Assembly: GCF_004010195.1 (NCBI RefSeq)
Contig: NC_057737.1
Span: 1,582,779 to 1,646,778 of the forward strand
Direction: 5' to 3'
DNA length: 64,000 nt
Source: Chiloscyllium plagiosum
Taxonomy: Eukaryota
The notes beneath the pieces were generated by a model. It searched no databases and was not told the origin of the DNA. It saw only the letters and a program-made list of their open reading frames with translations. Both the position numbers and the translations under genes were made by a program. Positions 37,544 through 53,281 of this stretch are shown here, one piece after another; within the stretch, counting starts at the first letter, position 1, and every line of letters starts with the position of its first letter.

Positions 37544-37879
37544 TCCATTATTTTAATGTTTTATAACTTCCTTGTATTTATGGGCCTGGTTTTCCATTCT
37601 TCCCCAACTGGATTGAATTATTGTCTTCTGGTCTGATTTCAAAATCCTTAATTAGACCACATTCTTTAAACAGAACAAAAACCTTAACCCAATTAATCTT
37701 CCCCTGCAGGTAGCTGTAATCTTTTTGCTCTGACAAAATTCTTCTCCAGCATTTTCATAGCCTTTCTTTAATAAAGGAACTTAAACTATGTAGTTATCCA
37801 AGTATGATCTGCCTAGCTGCACTACGTTTAACAATACTTTTGTCTTTGCAATTTTGTATCTTTTATAATTAAATCACAG

Positions 37880-38165
37880 CAGGCAGCATGGTAGCTCAGT
37901 GGTTAGCACTGCTGCCTCTCAGCACCAGGGACCTGGGTTCGATTCCAGTCTCAGGTGACTGTGTGGAGTTTGCACATTCTCCCCGTGTCTGCGTGGGTTT
38001 CCTCCGGGTGCTCCGGTTTCCTCCCACAGTCCAAAGATGTGCAGGTTTGCGTGGATTGGCCAATGGGAAATGCAGGGTCTGGGTAAGGTAGGGTAGGGTA
38101 GGCTGTCTGAGGATTGGTCTGGATTAGATGGGCCAAATGGCCTACTTCCGCACTAAGGTTCTGTG
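37880..38165 (+). mobile_element. HE1/V-SINE-type SINE
   Basis: A box, B box GGTTCGATTCC and V-core. Confidence 0.85.
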
Positions 38166-38469
38166 ATGCTTTGTTAGGTTTTTAAATTGTTTTACGAACC
38201 AATGATGTTATTTTTGCCATATGATCCCTTTGCTCATCTTCACCATTCAACTTTTAACTTCCTGAAGTGTTGGTAATGTTCTGTGCTTCTCACTCAACAC
38301 CTGACAGTGGCAAAGGTGGGAGGATGTGTGTTAAAGTCAGTCTGGACAGTGGGTCGGAAACATTTGTGGGAGAGATACTGAACAAGGGAAATCTCAGTGA
38401 GGGTGCCAGAGGGTTGGCTGTTCAGAGGGGGCGGGGGCAGGGGGGACAGTCAGGGATCAGGGAGAATTT

Positions 38470-39594
<1,125 letters not shown>

Positions 39595-39645
39595 TAGGAG
39601 TTTTTGTGTGGGTTGTGTGTTTCAATAAACACTCTCATTTTCTGA

Positions 39646-39792
<147 letters not shown>

Positions 39793-40359
39793 TGATCAGA
39801 ATGATCGTCTTTGTCTCAGTTTCTTTAACAATCGCCATGGTGGTCTCCTCCTGCCTTCGCTCCCTCAACAATCTCCACTGTCAGATTCCTGGTACTCCTT
39901 TGCTGTTTTCTGAGTCGCCCCCAATTCTTGGGCTTACCACGTTTTCTGACATTCTTATAATCCACTTCCTTTGATCTAATAGATTCTTTAACTCTTTTTA
40001 TTATCAATGTTATCTGGGCACCAAGCTCTGGGATTACTAAGTTAACCCTCCTTTACTTCTCTCTCCAAGCTTTTGGTCATGACCTAATGTCTGGATATAT
40101 GGCTCAACTTCAAACTTTACTTAATAATTGCTCCTGTGAGGCATCCTGGAATGATATTCCTGATTCCTGGATTTTCCCAGTCAGCCAGCTCCCTGATCCA
40201 TGTTGCTGATAGATGGTTTCGGCTGAGGGAAGTCCCTCCTTTGATCCCATACCTCCAACACTGTGACTGCAACTGAAGGAAATGGGGCTGAGCATCAACA
40301 TTCCCAACTCCTGTCAGAATTACCACCATCGCTGGGTTTACTGCACCTAAAGGACCATA

Positions 40360-40750
40360 AGAAACAGGAACAGGAAGAGGCCGTTCAGCCCCTCGAGCTT
40401 GCTCTGCTATTCAACAGGACTATGGGTGATCCGAGATTCCTCACAGCCACTCGCCTGAATTTTCGCTGGTACCCTTGTTTCCCCGACTGATCACGAATCT
40501 CTCTGTCTCTCTCGGCCTTAAATATCCACACGGACTATGCCCTCACAGCCTCTGTGGCAGGGAGTTCCAAAGACACTCAACCCTCTGACAGAAAAAATTC
40601 CTCATCTCAGTCAGAAATTGGAGCCCCTTTATTCTGAGACTAAACCCTCTGGTCCTAGTCTCTCCCATAAGGAGTGACATTTTCTCAGCATTAACCCTGT
40701 CAAGCCCCTTAAGCATCCTGAATGTTATAATGAGATCACCTCTGATTCTT
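40360..40750 (-). mobile_element. CR1-type LINE 3' end
   Basis: RIRGDLIITFRMLKGLDRV...FFCQRVECLWNSLPQ. Confidence 0.8.
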
Positions 40751-40962
40751 TGAAAATTCTCAGTTTTACACCCAGAAATGGCTTGTGTGAATCTGGTGGT
40801 GTGGAGTTGAAGATATTTGCACTCTCCTCTCACACATCTGGGTATTCCACATTGAAGGGCATTGTGTGTCAGGGTCCACTATTAGTCTTGGCTGGAGAGG
40901 GAGCCAATCACTACATAATGATCTGTAATAGGAACCTTTATTAATTTAGCCTCCAAGTATAA

Positions 40963-42470
<1,508 letters not shown>

Positions 42471-42546
42471 AAATATCCAGCGCGAGAGGCCTTTCTGTAA
42501 TTCTGCCTCTACGTGGCCTTTAGATGTGATGGTGGAAAGGTCCTGA

Positions 42547-42819
<273 letters not shown>

Positions 42820-44181
42820 TAGCCACTTCAACCGTATTCCATTGTCATGGAAAGTCACTGAATAGTAAGTCTGGTTTTATTCAGTCTCCCCTCATGTTTA
42901 CTTGTCCACGAGACCCTGTCAGAATAGGCAGATCAACTCACAATGAGCTCTCATCCCAGTGATCCTGCACCCTGCTGCTCTTGTGTGAGCTATACTGATG
43001 TGGACTGCATTCAGTATTGAGTTCGCACTGAATTTGTGACAATGAGGAATAGGTTTAAGTCCCATTAGTTCATCTAGTCTGTGCGTAACAGCTGGGAGAT
43101 CTTATACAGCATGACCGAGACTGACCTTGTAATCTCCTTGGAGATGAGGACAGTGAAGGTAAAAATTCTGCTGCAGCAACTGAAACTAGCCCAAATCTCT
43201 GAGTTACACTGCAGCGTTCCCACCTTTTGTACAAAATTGTTTTAATTTTGGTCAGTTCCCACTTAAAGGGATTCAGAGAGTGGCTTCTTCTGCACTTGCC
43301 CCCAGCCTGTTCCAGCGAGGCCACATTCTCTGGAAGAGCAGCCTCCTGGTGACTGCGGTATCAATTAGCAGAGCAGGCTCAAGGGGCTGCTCCTGATTAT
43401 GTTCTCTGTCTAACCCAGTCCTGCCATTAAGTTAATTGTGACCTGTCGTCCCTCTTGAACCTGTCCAGTTGCATCTTACATCATTATTCTGTATTAATAG
43501 TTGCCATTGTCCCAGAGGACCATGGAGCTGCTCTCTCATTAGAGAGAGGTGACTGCTCAAAGTTGAACCTGAGGGTCACCAAACCACAGGCAAGGTCAAG
43601 CAAAGCAGGAATTGAACCCACACTATTGGCATAATCATGCATTGCATACCAGCCGTCCAGCCTACTGTGCTAACCAGCTCAGTCTTGGTACTTTACCGGA
43701 GCAATTAAACCTCGTTCTAAATTACCTCATCCAGAGCTAAGATCTTAGATTTCCTACAGTGTGGAAACAGGCCATTTGGCCCATCGAGTCCAAACAGCAT
43801 CCTACCCAGACCCACCAGGAGAGAATATGGAACTTCCTACCACAGGGAACATTTGAGGCAAATAATATACCTATAAGAAGGAAGGTTGATAAACAATTGA
43901 GGGAAAAAGGAATGATGGCATGAAGTGAACTGGGATCAGGAGGATAAAATCACAAGAGAATAAATGTTGGCATCATTCTGAAGAGAAGTCTTATTTAAAC
44001 CAGAATCTTGACACTTCAACAGATACAGCCAGAACTGCTGAGCATTCACTGTCTTTATTGCAGATTTCAAACAGCTGCAGTATTTTGCTTTTGTTACGCC
44101 ATCACAGCTCATTCAGGGTGAGCAGCCAGGTTGTGTGCCTCAAATAATTAACAACTCTCTGTACCTGTCTAGGTAGTGTAG

Positions 44182-44466
<285 letters not shown>

Positions 44467-44653
44467 TGCCAGAGATTGATGGATCAATTCTCTCACTCTT
44501 TGCCTCCTTAGAGACAACACGGTGGGCTTCAAGAGGAATATAGTGCTGGGCATTACACAGCCACTTGCTCCTCTCCACCAGACTCAAATATAACCCTGGG
44601 CACTTTCAGCTGCTGTAAAATTGTGTAAAAAAAAAAAGTTATTAAAAGCTTTT

Positions 44654-45780
44654 AATAAACTGTGATGTAATTAATATTCACACTAAAAAGCTGCACTGTT
44701 TTGTAGTAACTGTAAAATTTGTAATTTACTGTTTTCTTTGTCTTTCAGCTGTAATCGTGATATTTTAAAAATTGAGCAAATTATTTTCCTTTCCACTTTA
44801 CCAAAAATGAAAGTTCTGGAAACTTTAGCCAAATGACTATGAACTGTCCAACAGTAGCCCAGGAAGCAATGAATCAGTTAACACAATTGACTGGTCTCTA
44901 TCTTCATTGGATCCAGTTTATGGGCGAGTACCTGATTTGTGTTGGTGCTTTCTGCTGAGGCCTGTTGATGCATGATCACTGGGTGATTCAAGTTTGTATC
45001 TGTCCCTGTTTATGAACAGTCTCCCCTGTTACTAGGGACATAGGCTGGGAGCCTTGTGATGTTACCTGGAACACAGCCCCTTCAAATTCCCACTCCAGTT
45101 ATGAGAGGGAATGAACTGAGCTCCAGATAACATCCTCACTATAAGGATTGTTTTGTTTTGAGAATGTAGATACCCACAGGAACAATACGAAGAAAGCAGC
45201 CACTCAGCGAGAAAAACTACAGAATCAGTTTCTGCTAATTCAATATTTTATCATTTAACCCTTGAAGGATTTTGTAGGAAATTTGCAGGGAGAATTGAGC
45301 TTCTTTGATACTGGGAGGCAGCTTTCTTTTGGTGATATTTCGTGGTTATGGGAAATTTGCTTCACCTGCCTCTTTACACTTTTCTTTGCCCATGTTTGCA
45401 GGGGAGTGGCTATTGGAGGAGGGTTTGTGGGTCTGTACACAATACCCCATTCTCCCATCCCACCTTTTAACTTAAAGTCACCATCGTGGTGCTTTTGGGA
45501 AGTGTTTAGTTCCCTAACCATACCCATACCCTAAAGTACAAACTTACATGGTAAGCACCACCCCCAGTTTTTTTTTTAAGGTTTCAGCTCTGAGCACAGT
45601 TGCACGAGCCATGTACTCAGGATGGGCCAGTGGAATCCTCACATTGTTGTTATAATCAATGCATTGCTTTTTTATAAAAAAAAAAGAATTATTGATTGTT
45701 TTTAAGCAGGTGCTGCTCTGGGTCACAAGTTCCACTGTAACAAGTTCATGAACGTAAAAATGCAAAAGGCTAGGAATAAA
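44654..45780 (+). terminator. Candidate BLTP2 polyadenylation signals
   Basis: AATAAA at 44654-44659 and 45775-45780, within unique, TE-free 3' UTR-like sequence. Confidence 0.5.
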
Positions 45781-46349
45781 GTTGTTTTGTAACAATTGAT
45801 TGTGCATGTTTCTCATTCAGTTAGAGGGCAACCTCAGGACACCTCAAAGTGCTTTTAAAAGTGTCTGCAGTGTTTTAACTAGGGCAGGTTACCGTGCACA
45901 ACAGTAACTTGGTGTTACTGTCCAGCTGAAAGGACAAAGTGGGGCTTTTCAATACTGATCTATGACAAGGCAAAAAGCTCTGAGCTCTGCAATTCCTTAC
46001 AGCACAGGACGCCATTGAGTCCATACCATCTCTTCAAAGAGCAATCCAGTCAGGCACCCTTCATCCCGAGATGCTTTTGATTCTGTGACCAAGACAAATT
46101 GCAGGCATTGCTTCTCATGACCCTAAAAACTTACATTAAGCAAGAGATCAAGGCTGGGAGGTGCAAACTGGTGAGTACACATGGCTGTTTCTGTCTGAAA
46201 TAAACAGGGCAGTTGAACATCTGTCTCCTAGTTGCATCATCGTGTTTTCAATGGCAGTATCTATAATAGGAGCATGCAGCTGGCGTCACAAATACTTTCC
46301 TCTGAATAATCAATGAAGTCTACAGATAGGTACTTCACTGAGGAACATT

Positions 46350-46672
46350 CACAGAATCCCCACAGTGTGGAAACAGACCCTTTGCACCAACAGGTCCACA
46401 CCGACCCTCTGAAGCGTAACCCACCCAGCCCCATTCCCCTACCCTATTACTCCATATTTCCCCAGATGAATGCATCTAAACTACACATTCCTGAACACGA
46501 TGGGCAATTTAGCATAGCCAATTCACCTAATCTGCACATCTTTGGATTGTGGGAGGAAACTGGAGCACTCAGAGGAAACTCACACAGACGTGGAGAATGT
46601 GCAAACTCTACACATGGTGGCTCAAGGCAGGAATCTAACCTGGGTGGCAGCAGTGCTAACCACTGAGCCACT
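46350..46672 (-). mobile_element. HE1/V-SINE-type SINE between the convergent BLTP2 and EMC6 3' ends
   Basis: Reverse-strand A box and V-core. Confidence 0.8.
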
Positions 46673-46824
46673 CTTCATTTTTCAGCACACCTTATTTTAA
46701 AGACTCTGCTGCACTGAGAACATCTCAACAATATAACACCACCCCTCCCCCCCCAATTTTCACAGCTCAAACAAGCCTTAACTATGAACTCAGACGGAAC
46801 TGACATGTGAACAGCCAGGTTGAG

Positions 46825-46830
46825 TTTATT
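46825..46830 (-). terminator. Candidate EMC6 polyadenylation signal
   Basis: AATAAA on the minus strand, about 1.2 kb past the EMC6 stop, at the end of unique sequence. Confidence 0.5.
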
Positions 46831-48060
46831 GTTGTAAAATACAGGCAGGCAGCCTGGAAACATGAATTAAAACAAGGTTATTTGCTACTTTTCTGAAACA
46901 TTCACTGGTTCCCACAAAAATGGGCAAATGTCTCTTGTTAAAAACATATCAATTACCATCAGTAGTGACAAAATTATTTAATTGTAAATCCCTGATTCTC
47001 AGATTTTGAACTTGTTACAGCCTATGTCACAGTGAAACTGATTCCAGCTTTCCCTGCTGTGTTCCAGGATCTCATTTTAAACCTGTCTGCACTCAAAGAT
47101 ACTTCAGCAGCTTCCCAGTCTTCCATTTTCCCCAAATAGAGATGTGAACCATAGAATAAACTTGGTAATGATATAGAAACTGCCAAGCCTCGAAGACTTT
47201 GGCAGTCATGCTCCAACCAATCCCTTCTCTGCACAAAGAGCCATCCCTGTGGGACTCGTTCAGCTTCTGTCGAGAATACCCCCTGAGAATTCCATGACCC
47301 AGCACTGAGGGAGGGAGGATGGCCTGCTAACAAATAAACAATACAGTGAAGACAGAATTCCAAAAGGCACTGCATGCCAGGTGAATACGGACTGTCCTGT
47401 CACAGAGTACAGGAGGCTGGAGCCGGATGTTGGGGCATGGTGCAAGAGGCAATGATCACAAAGCTCCTGATCCCCTGTCAGTGGAGCCTCCACAGGGGAG
47501 GGAAGGTCAGTGCCAATGATCAAGGGGATTACTCACTGCATGCAGTTAGGGAAGTGAGGGGGGGCTGGGGGTGGCTCTCTGTCACAACACATACTAAGTA
47601 GTTAAGTCGAGGCAGGTAATGAAGGGGGAGGTTGGAATCCCAGGGAAAATCATCTCCCCCTTTTCAACAAATACTCTTCATAATATGGTAGAAGAATTTA
47701 AAATCTGTGGCCTCTGCCCAGGAGTATCCATCAACAAGAAGTAACCAGTTCCACAACTCCCCTCACTGACCCATAAAAAGGTTGAGGAACATCCTGGCTG
47801 ACAAAACTCTTCAGCTGCTTTACTGCATTTGGAACGGGAGACTGAAACATTCCCACAGCCTCAGTGATCAACCCAACCACACAAAACTTAAAGACAACAG
47901 AGCCTAAAGCACAATCTGACCTCACAACTGGGAACAGAATCTGTGCAGTTTATGATGATGACAGGTTTAATTTGTAAGATTCAACAAGTGGATGGAGGTG
48001 AGGGTGGAAGTGTTTGTGCTGCTCCAATTGTCTGATGGGAGCAGGAGGCAATTTCCTGCT

Positions 48061-48393
48061 TCAATAAACGTGCACCATGCCATACAGGAAGGTCCAGAAC
48101 AGGATGTAGGTGAAGAGGCCACCGACAAGGCCTCCAGTGAAGAGAGGGCGGCGAGACTTGAAATACTTGCTCCAGCGACGTCCAGCTTTTACAATGAGCA
48201 GCACGGAGAGGAGGAAAGAGGCAACAAAGTAGAAGATGAAACCTGTCAGTGCCGTCAACCCCAGGATCCCAGCAGTGGCACCCGACAGTGCAGACACAGA
48301 CGTGCGGCAATAGTCCAGGATGGCAGCGTTTCCTCGCACTGCTAATTCGCTGATAAACTGTGGACCTTCTCGTTTAAAACCCACAGCAGCCAT
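48061..48393 (-). CDS. EMC6: ER membrane protein complex subunit 6
   Basis: 110-aa intronless [35 protein letters not shown]...[14 protein letters not shown] splice acceptor (TTTTCCTCCCAG) lies 19 nt upstream of the ATG. Confidence 0.98.
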   Translation of the reverse strand: MAAVGFKREGPQFISELAVRGNAAILDYCRTSVSALSGATAGILGLTALTGFIFYFVASFLLSVLLIVKAGRRWSKYFKSRRPLFTGGLVGGLFTYILFWTFLYGMVHVY

Positions 48394-48719
48394 GACAAGC
48401 TCAGTAATTCTACTGGGAGGAAAAGCAAATTAATGTTGAGTGAATGAAGGGTGGGGGTGTAATAATAGGAAACAAGAACAACTTGTGGAGATATAGCATC
48501 CTGAATATAGTGAAACATTCTCAAGGTGCTTTCCAGGAGAATTAATCAAACAAACAGTTTGACAGCTACCATAGGAGATGTCAGGTAGGACAGTAGACCA
48601 AAACATTGTTGGAAAGATGGAGGGTTGTAAGGAGCATCTTAGAAATAGGTCGATCAAATTGGATGGCAAGGATATGTTTGGCTCAGTTTCAAACAGAGGC
48701 TGGGAAGATTAGAAATTCC

Positions 48720-49465
48720 AAAGCTTCACAATCCTACAAGAGAAGATATTTCTCCTCATCTCAGTCCCAAATGGTCAGCCACTTATCCTGAGATTGTGCC
48801 ATGTTTTAGATTTCCCCAGCCAGGGGTATCTGCTTCTGAACATCCACAAAGTCAAGCACAACCAGAATCTCATGTTTCAGCTTGATTTCTTCTAAACTCC
48901 TTGTGGGGCCCATTCTACCAAATCTCTCCGTGTAGAATAATTCCCTTTTCCCAGGAGGAAATCAAGTGAACCTTGTTTGCATCAGGTAAACATATTCTCT
49001 CTTAGGTACAGAGGCAAACTGTGTACATTACTCCAGGAACAATCTCACCAAAGGTCCACACAATTGCAGCAAGATAGTGTTACTTATAGAGTCATAGAGC
49101 TGTCTAGCACGTAAAGAAACCCTTCAGTCCAACTCGACAATGCCGACCAGATATTCTAAAATAATCTAATCCCATTTGCTAGCATTTGGCCCATATCCCT
49201 CTAAACCTTTCCTATTCATTTACCCATCCAGATGTATTTTAAATGTTATTGTACCTGCCTTCACCACGTCCTCTGGCAACTCATTCCATACAGACACCAT
49301 CCTCAGCTTGAAAGAGTTGCCCTTTTGAAATGTTTCCCTTCTCAGCTTAAACCTATGCCCTCTATTTTGGACTTCCTACCCTGGGGAAACAATGTTGGCT
49401 ATATACGCTACCCATGACCTTCATGATTTTATAAACATCTAGAAGATCACCCCTCAGCCTCCAAA
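48720..49465 (-). mobile_element. CR1-type LINE remnants
   Basis: A CR1 3' UTR and C-terminus at 49085-49465, nested in an older fragment. Confidence 0.7.
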
Positions 49466-49596
49466 TTTCTTGTATTCCAATGTCATTGCAATTAAAAAAT
49501 CATGTCGTTTTCCTGCCGAAATGCTTGCTCTACTTGCATGTTAATTCTCCACCTTTCTCCTTCAATGAAATCAATTCATCATCATTTACCAGTTTT

Positions 49597-49905
49597 TAGA
49601 TTAGATTCCTTACAGTATGGAAACAGGCCCTCAGGCCCAACAAGTCCACACCGACTCCTCCGAACCCACGCAGATCCATTTCACAACCCATATTTACCCC
49701 TGACTAACGTACCTAACACTATGGGCAATTTAGCATGGCCAATTCTCCTCACCCGCACAACTTTGGACCATGGGAGGAAATCGGAGCACCCGGAGGAAAC
49801 TCATGCAGACACTGGGAGAACGTGCAAACTCCACACAGAGGCAGGAATCGAACCCGGACCCCTGGCGGATGAGGCACCAGTGCTAACCACTGAACCACCA
49901 TGCCA
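49597..49905 (-). mobile_element. HE1/V-SINE-type SINE
   Basis: Reverse-strand A box, B box (GGTTCGATTCC), V-core and (CTAAT) tail. Confidence 0.85.
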
Positions 49906-49957
49906 CACCAGTTTTGTTTAAAAGAAAACCCAGTGTGGAAACAGACCATTTAGCCCA

Positions 49958-50692
49958 ATGCGAGGTGCTGCATTTTGGGAACGCAAATCTTAGCAGGACT
50001 TATACACTGAATGGTAAGGTCCTAGGGAGTGTTGCTGAACAAAGAGACCTTGGAGTGCAGGTTCATAGCTCCTTGAAAGTGGAGTCGCAGGTAGATAGGA
50101 TAGTGAAGAAGGCGTTTGGTATGCTTTCCTTTATTGGTCAGAGTATTGAGTATAGGAGTTGGGAGGTCATGTTGCGGCTGTACAGGACACTGGTTAGGCC
50201 ACTATTGGAATATTGCGTGCGATTCTGATCTCCTTCCTATCGGAAAGATGTTGTGAAACTTGAAAGGGTTCAGAAAAAGATTTACAAGGATGTTGCCAGG
50301 GTTGGAGGATCTGAGCTACAGGGAGAGGCTGACAGGCTGGGGCTGTTTTCCCTGGAGTGTCGGAGGCTGAGGGGCGACCTTGTAGAGGTTTACAGAATTA
50401 TGAGGGGCATGGATAGGATAAATAGACAAAGTTTTTTCCCTGGGGTTGGGGAGTCCAGAACTAGAGGGCATAGGTTTAAGGTGAGAGGGGAAAGATATAA
50501 AAGAGACCTAAAGGGCAACTTTTTCATGCAGAGGGTGGGTACGTGTATGGAATGAGCTGCCAGAGGATGTGGAGGAGGCTGGGATATGGAATGGCTGCTG
50601 GCAGGTGGGACTAGATTGGGTTGGGATATCTGGTTGGTATGGACAGGTTGGACCAAAGAGTTTGTTTCTATGTTGTACATCTCTAGGACTAT
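49958..50692 (+). mobile_element. 5'-truncated CR1 LINE inserted in a SINE (SINE parts ~49930-49957 and 50693-50920, minus)
   Basis: CEVLHFG...RDLGVQV...LEYCVRF and the 3' UTR. Confidence 0.9.
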
Positions 50693-51054
50693 AAGTCCAC
50701 ACCAACCCACCGAACAGTATCCCACCCAGACCCATCACTCTCAACGTGCCTAACCCTCAACACTATGGGCAATTTAGCATGGTCAATCCACCTAACTTGG
50801 ACTGTTGGAGGAAACCAGAGCACCCAGTGGAAATCCACACAGACACAGGGAGAATGTATAAACTGCACACAGTCACCCAAGGATGGAACTGAACCTGGAT
50901 CCCTGGTGTTGTAAGCCACCATTTCACCCCGAAATAAATAACATTTCGATTGTCTTTCTAACAAAGTGAATAACCTTACATTAACGTCAGTTACATACAA
51001 AGTAAAGTTCCCTCTACTCTATTAAACTTACTGCCTCCTCCAGCCTGTCTCCAT

Positions 51055-51240
51055 CAAACATCCAAAGATGTGCAGGTTAGGCCCTGAGTGTTCAGGAATG
51101 TGTAGGTTAAGTGCATTAGTCAGAGGTAAATGTAGAGTTATAGGGCCGGGTAATGGGTCTGGGTGGGTTAGTCTTTGGAGGGTCGGTATGAACTTGTTGG
51201 GCCGAATGGCCTGTTTCCACATTGTAGGGATTCTATGATC
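51055..51240 (+). mobile_element. HE1/V-SINE-type SINE 3' half
   Basis: TCCAAAGATGTGCAGGTTAG...CTTGTTGGGCCGAATGGCCTGTTTCCAC. Confidence 0.75.
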
Positions 51241-51382
51241 CCAGGACAAGTACAGCATGGAGTTAGACTGAGCAAAGTTCTCTCTCTCTCTCTGTACGCT
51301 GTCTCCATCACTCCCAGCAGATACAATACCTGTTTTATACATAGTACAGAGCTGTGTTCAGTGACATTTATACTGTGTAGGT

Positions 51383-51610
51383 GGGGGGAGGGGCTCCTTG
51401 TGGGACAATGCGATGCTCCCCCATGGGGGCTGCCCTCTGCTGGTCACCGCGGGGACAGCGGGGGGAGGGGCTCCTTGTGGGACAATGCGATGCTCGCCCA
51501 TGGGGGCTGCCCTCTGCTGGTCACCGCGGGGACAGCGGGGGGAGGGGCTCCTTGTGGGACAATGCGATGCTCGCCCTTGGGGGAGCCCTCTGCTGGTCAC
51601 CGCGGGGACG
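51383..51610. repeat. 77-bp minisatellite x3 carrying CTCF-consensus motifs
   Basis: Period 77 (CTCC at 51394, 51471, 51548). Each unit contains GCCCTCTGCTGGTCA. Confidence 0.9.
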
Positions 51611-52520
51611 GCACACCTGCCCGGGGTCCTTCCGCCACCCAGCTGTCCAACCCGGTGCCAAACCGGGAGTGGCGGCGCGCCTCAAACGCGCATCCTTCTC
51701 TTCCGGCGCCGCGACTATTCAGCCTAGTGCGTGTTACCGAGCCTCCGTGTCGGCGACAGGCAGCTAATCACTCACCGGCGCGGTACGCAGCTCTCTCACA
51801 CGGTAAGCAGCTTCCTGTCAACCTGCCGCCATTACACAGGAAGCCCCGCCCCCCGACCGTCACCTTTCACCTCTCACCCGCCCTTCCAGAAATAAAACCG
51901 ACATTTCTCAGGATTAAAGTAAATTCTGACATGGGTCAATCCAAACTTATTTTGGCTCTTCGATAATTTTAATTTAAACAAGCGAGATGTTGTCCGCCAG
52001 GGCCCGTCCCCAGGTTCATAGCCCCGCCTCCCAATGTAAGCCCCGCCTCCCAATGTAGGCCCCGCCCAGTCGATGACGACACAACAGACGCGACCTCGCC
52101 CATTTAATAACCACACCCCCTCACGAAGTGACGTTCCGTTTATGACTACCCCCCGTAGATAGCCCCGCCCATTTACGTGTCCGGCCAATCCACTGTGACC
52201 CCGCTTCCTTCACGTCCCCATCCCACTCCATCCAGCTCCGCTTTCCACCGTCCCGACCCATCACGTGGACGTCCCGACCCATCACGTGGACGTCCCTCTG
52301 CGTAACCCCGCCCCATCGCTCCACCCCCGTGCCCTCCACTATACAGCCACGCCCACTCCCCACGTCAGCCCGCCCCCCCTTTCACCAGCCTCGCCCTCTA
52401 TATTAGCCCCACCCCTACGCCCGGCGCGCACCTTCACCATCCCCACACGAGCCCCGCCCCTATGCCCGCCCCCACACGAGCCCCGCCCCCAAACAGTAGC
52501 CCCGCCTCTCCCACGCTGCT
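51600..52520 (-). promoter_or_regulatory. CpG-island promoter of EMC6
   Basis: Many GC boxes (GCCCCGCC), CCAAT (~52184), CRE-like GTGACGT, and tandem TCACGTG E-boxes in a 21-bp duplication (~52250-52295). Confidence 0.75.
51776..51830 (-). other. EMC6: Probable non-coding first exon of EMC6
   Basis: Minus-strand donor CCG|GTGAGT at 51775-51770 within a CpG island. YY1-like CCGCCATT, ETS CAGGAAG and GC boxes lie just upstream. It pairs with the acceptor at 48413. The TSS is approximate. Confidence 0.7.
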
Positions 52521-52539
52521 GTTCCCCTGACCCAGGGCT

Positions 52540-53250
52540 GGATGACACAAACAAGGATTGCTGAAAAATCTCAGCATCTGCGGAGAGAAATCAGAGCTAA
52601 CGTTTCGGGTCCGGTGACCCTTCCTCAGAACTGATGGTAGCTCAGAAAATGATGTTTTTTTACTTGGAGGCTGGGGTGTGGTGTACACTTTAAACAAGAG
52701 GTTTAAATAAAGCCCAGAGAGAGCAGCTGGACAAAGATATGGATAACGGTTAGTCTAAGTGATTGAATGGCTGCTAATGGGTGGTGTGTAGTAGTAGGAG
52801 AAAGTGAGGTCTGCAGAGGCTGGAGATCAGAGCTGAAAATGTGTTGCTGGAAAAGCGCAGCAGGTCAGGCAGCATCCAAGGAACAGGAGAAGCGACGTTT
52901 CTGACATGAGCCCTTCTTCAGGTGTGTAGTAGTAGCCCATGTGGTGATAGGGACTGGTGTGCTGGGGATGGAGTAAGGACATGAGACAAGCCCTAAAATT
53001 GTTCATCTCGAAATTGAATACAGAAGGCTGCAGAGTTCCCTAATGGAAAATGACGTCGATCTTCCGTGGTAGACAAGCAAGCAATACTGGAGATGTTGAC
53101 TTCTCCACCTCCTGATGCTGCCTGGCTTGCTGTGTTCTTCCAGCCTTTTGCTTGTCTACTTTGGATTCCAGCATTTTGCAGTTTTTTGTCTCTAACCGAG
53201 CTTCACTGGAGCACTACAGCACGGCTGAGACAGAGATGTATAACTCTATC
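52540..53250 (-). mobile_element. Penelope-like remnant (third family) with nested mini-pLTRs
   Basis: The minus-strand hammerhead CTGAGGA-A-GGGTC ACCG GACCC-GAAACGTT is at 52599-52628. Nested inserts lie at 52798-52920 and ~53066-53195. Confidence 0.7.
52798..52920 (-). mobile_element. Solo mini PLE pLTR
   Basis: The exact 15-bp TSD GGTGTGTAGTAGTAG lies at 52783-52797 and 52921-52935. The 5' end is at (CC)TGAAGAAGGGC. Confidence 0.85.
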
Positions 53251-53281
53251 AATAGACATAAATCTGGAAGAGCACGGCAGT

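Noticed and set aside
51175-51966. 263-aa ORF (and the ORFs at 54366-55215)
   Set aside because: These are stop-free frames produced by GC-rich minisatellites and CpG islands, and encode repetitive peptides.
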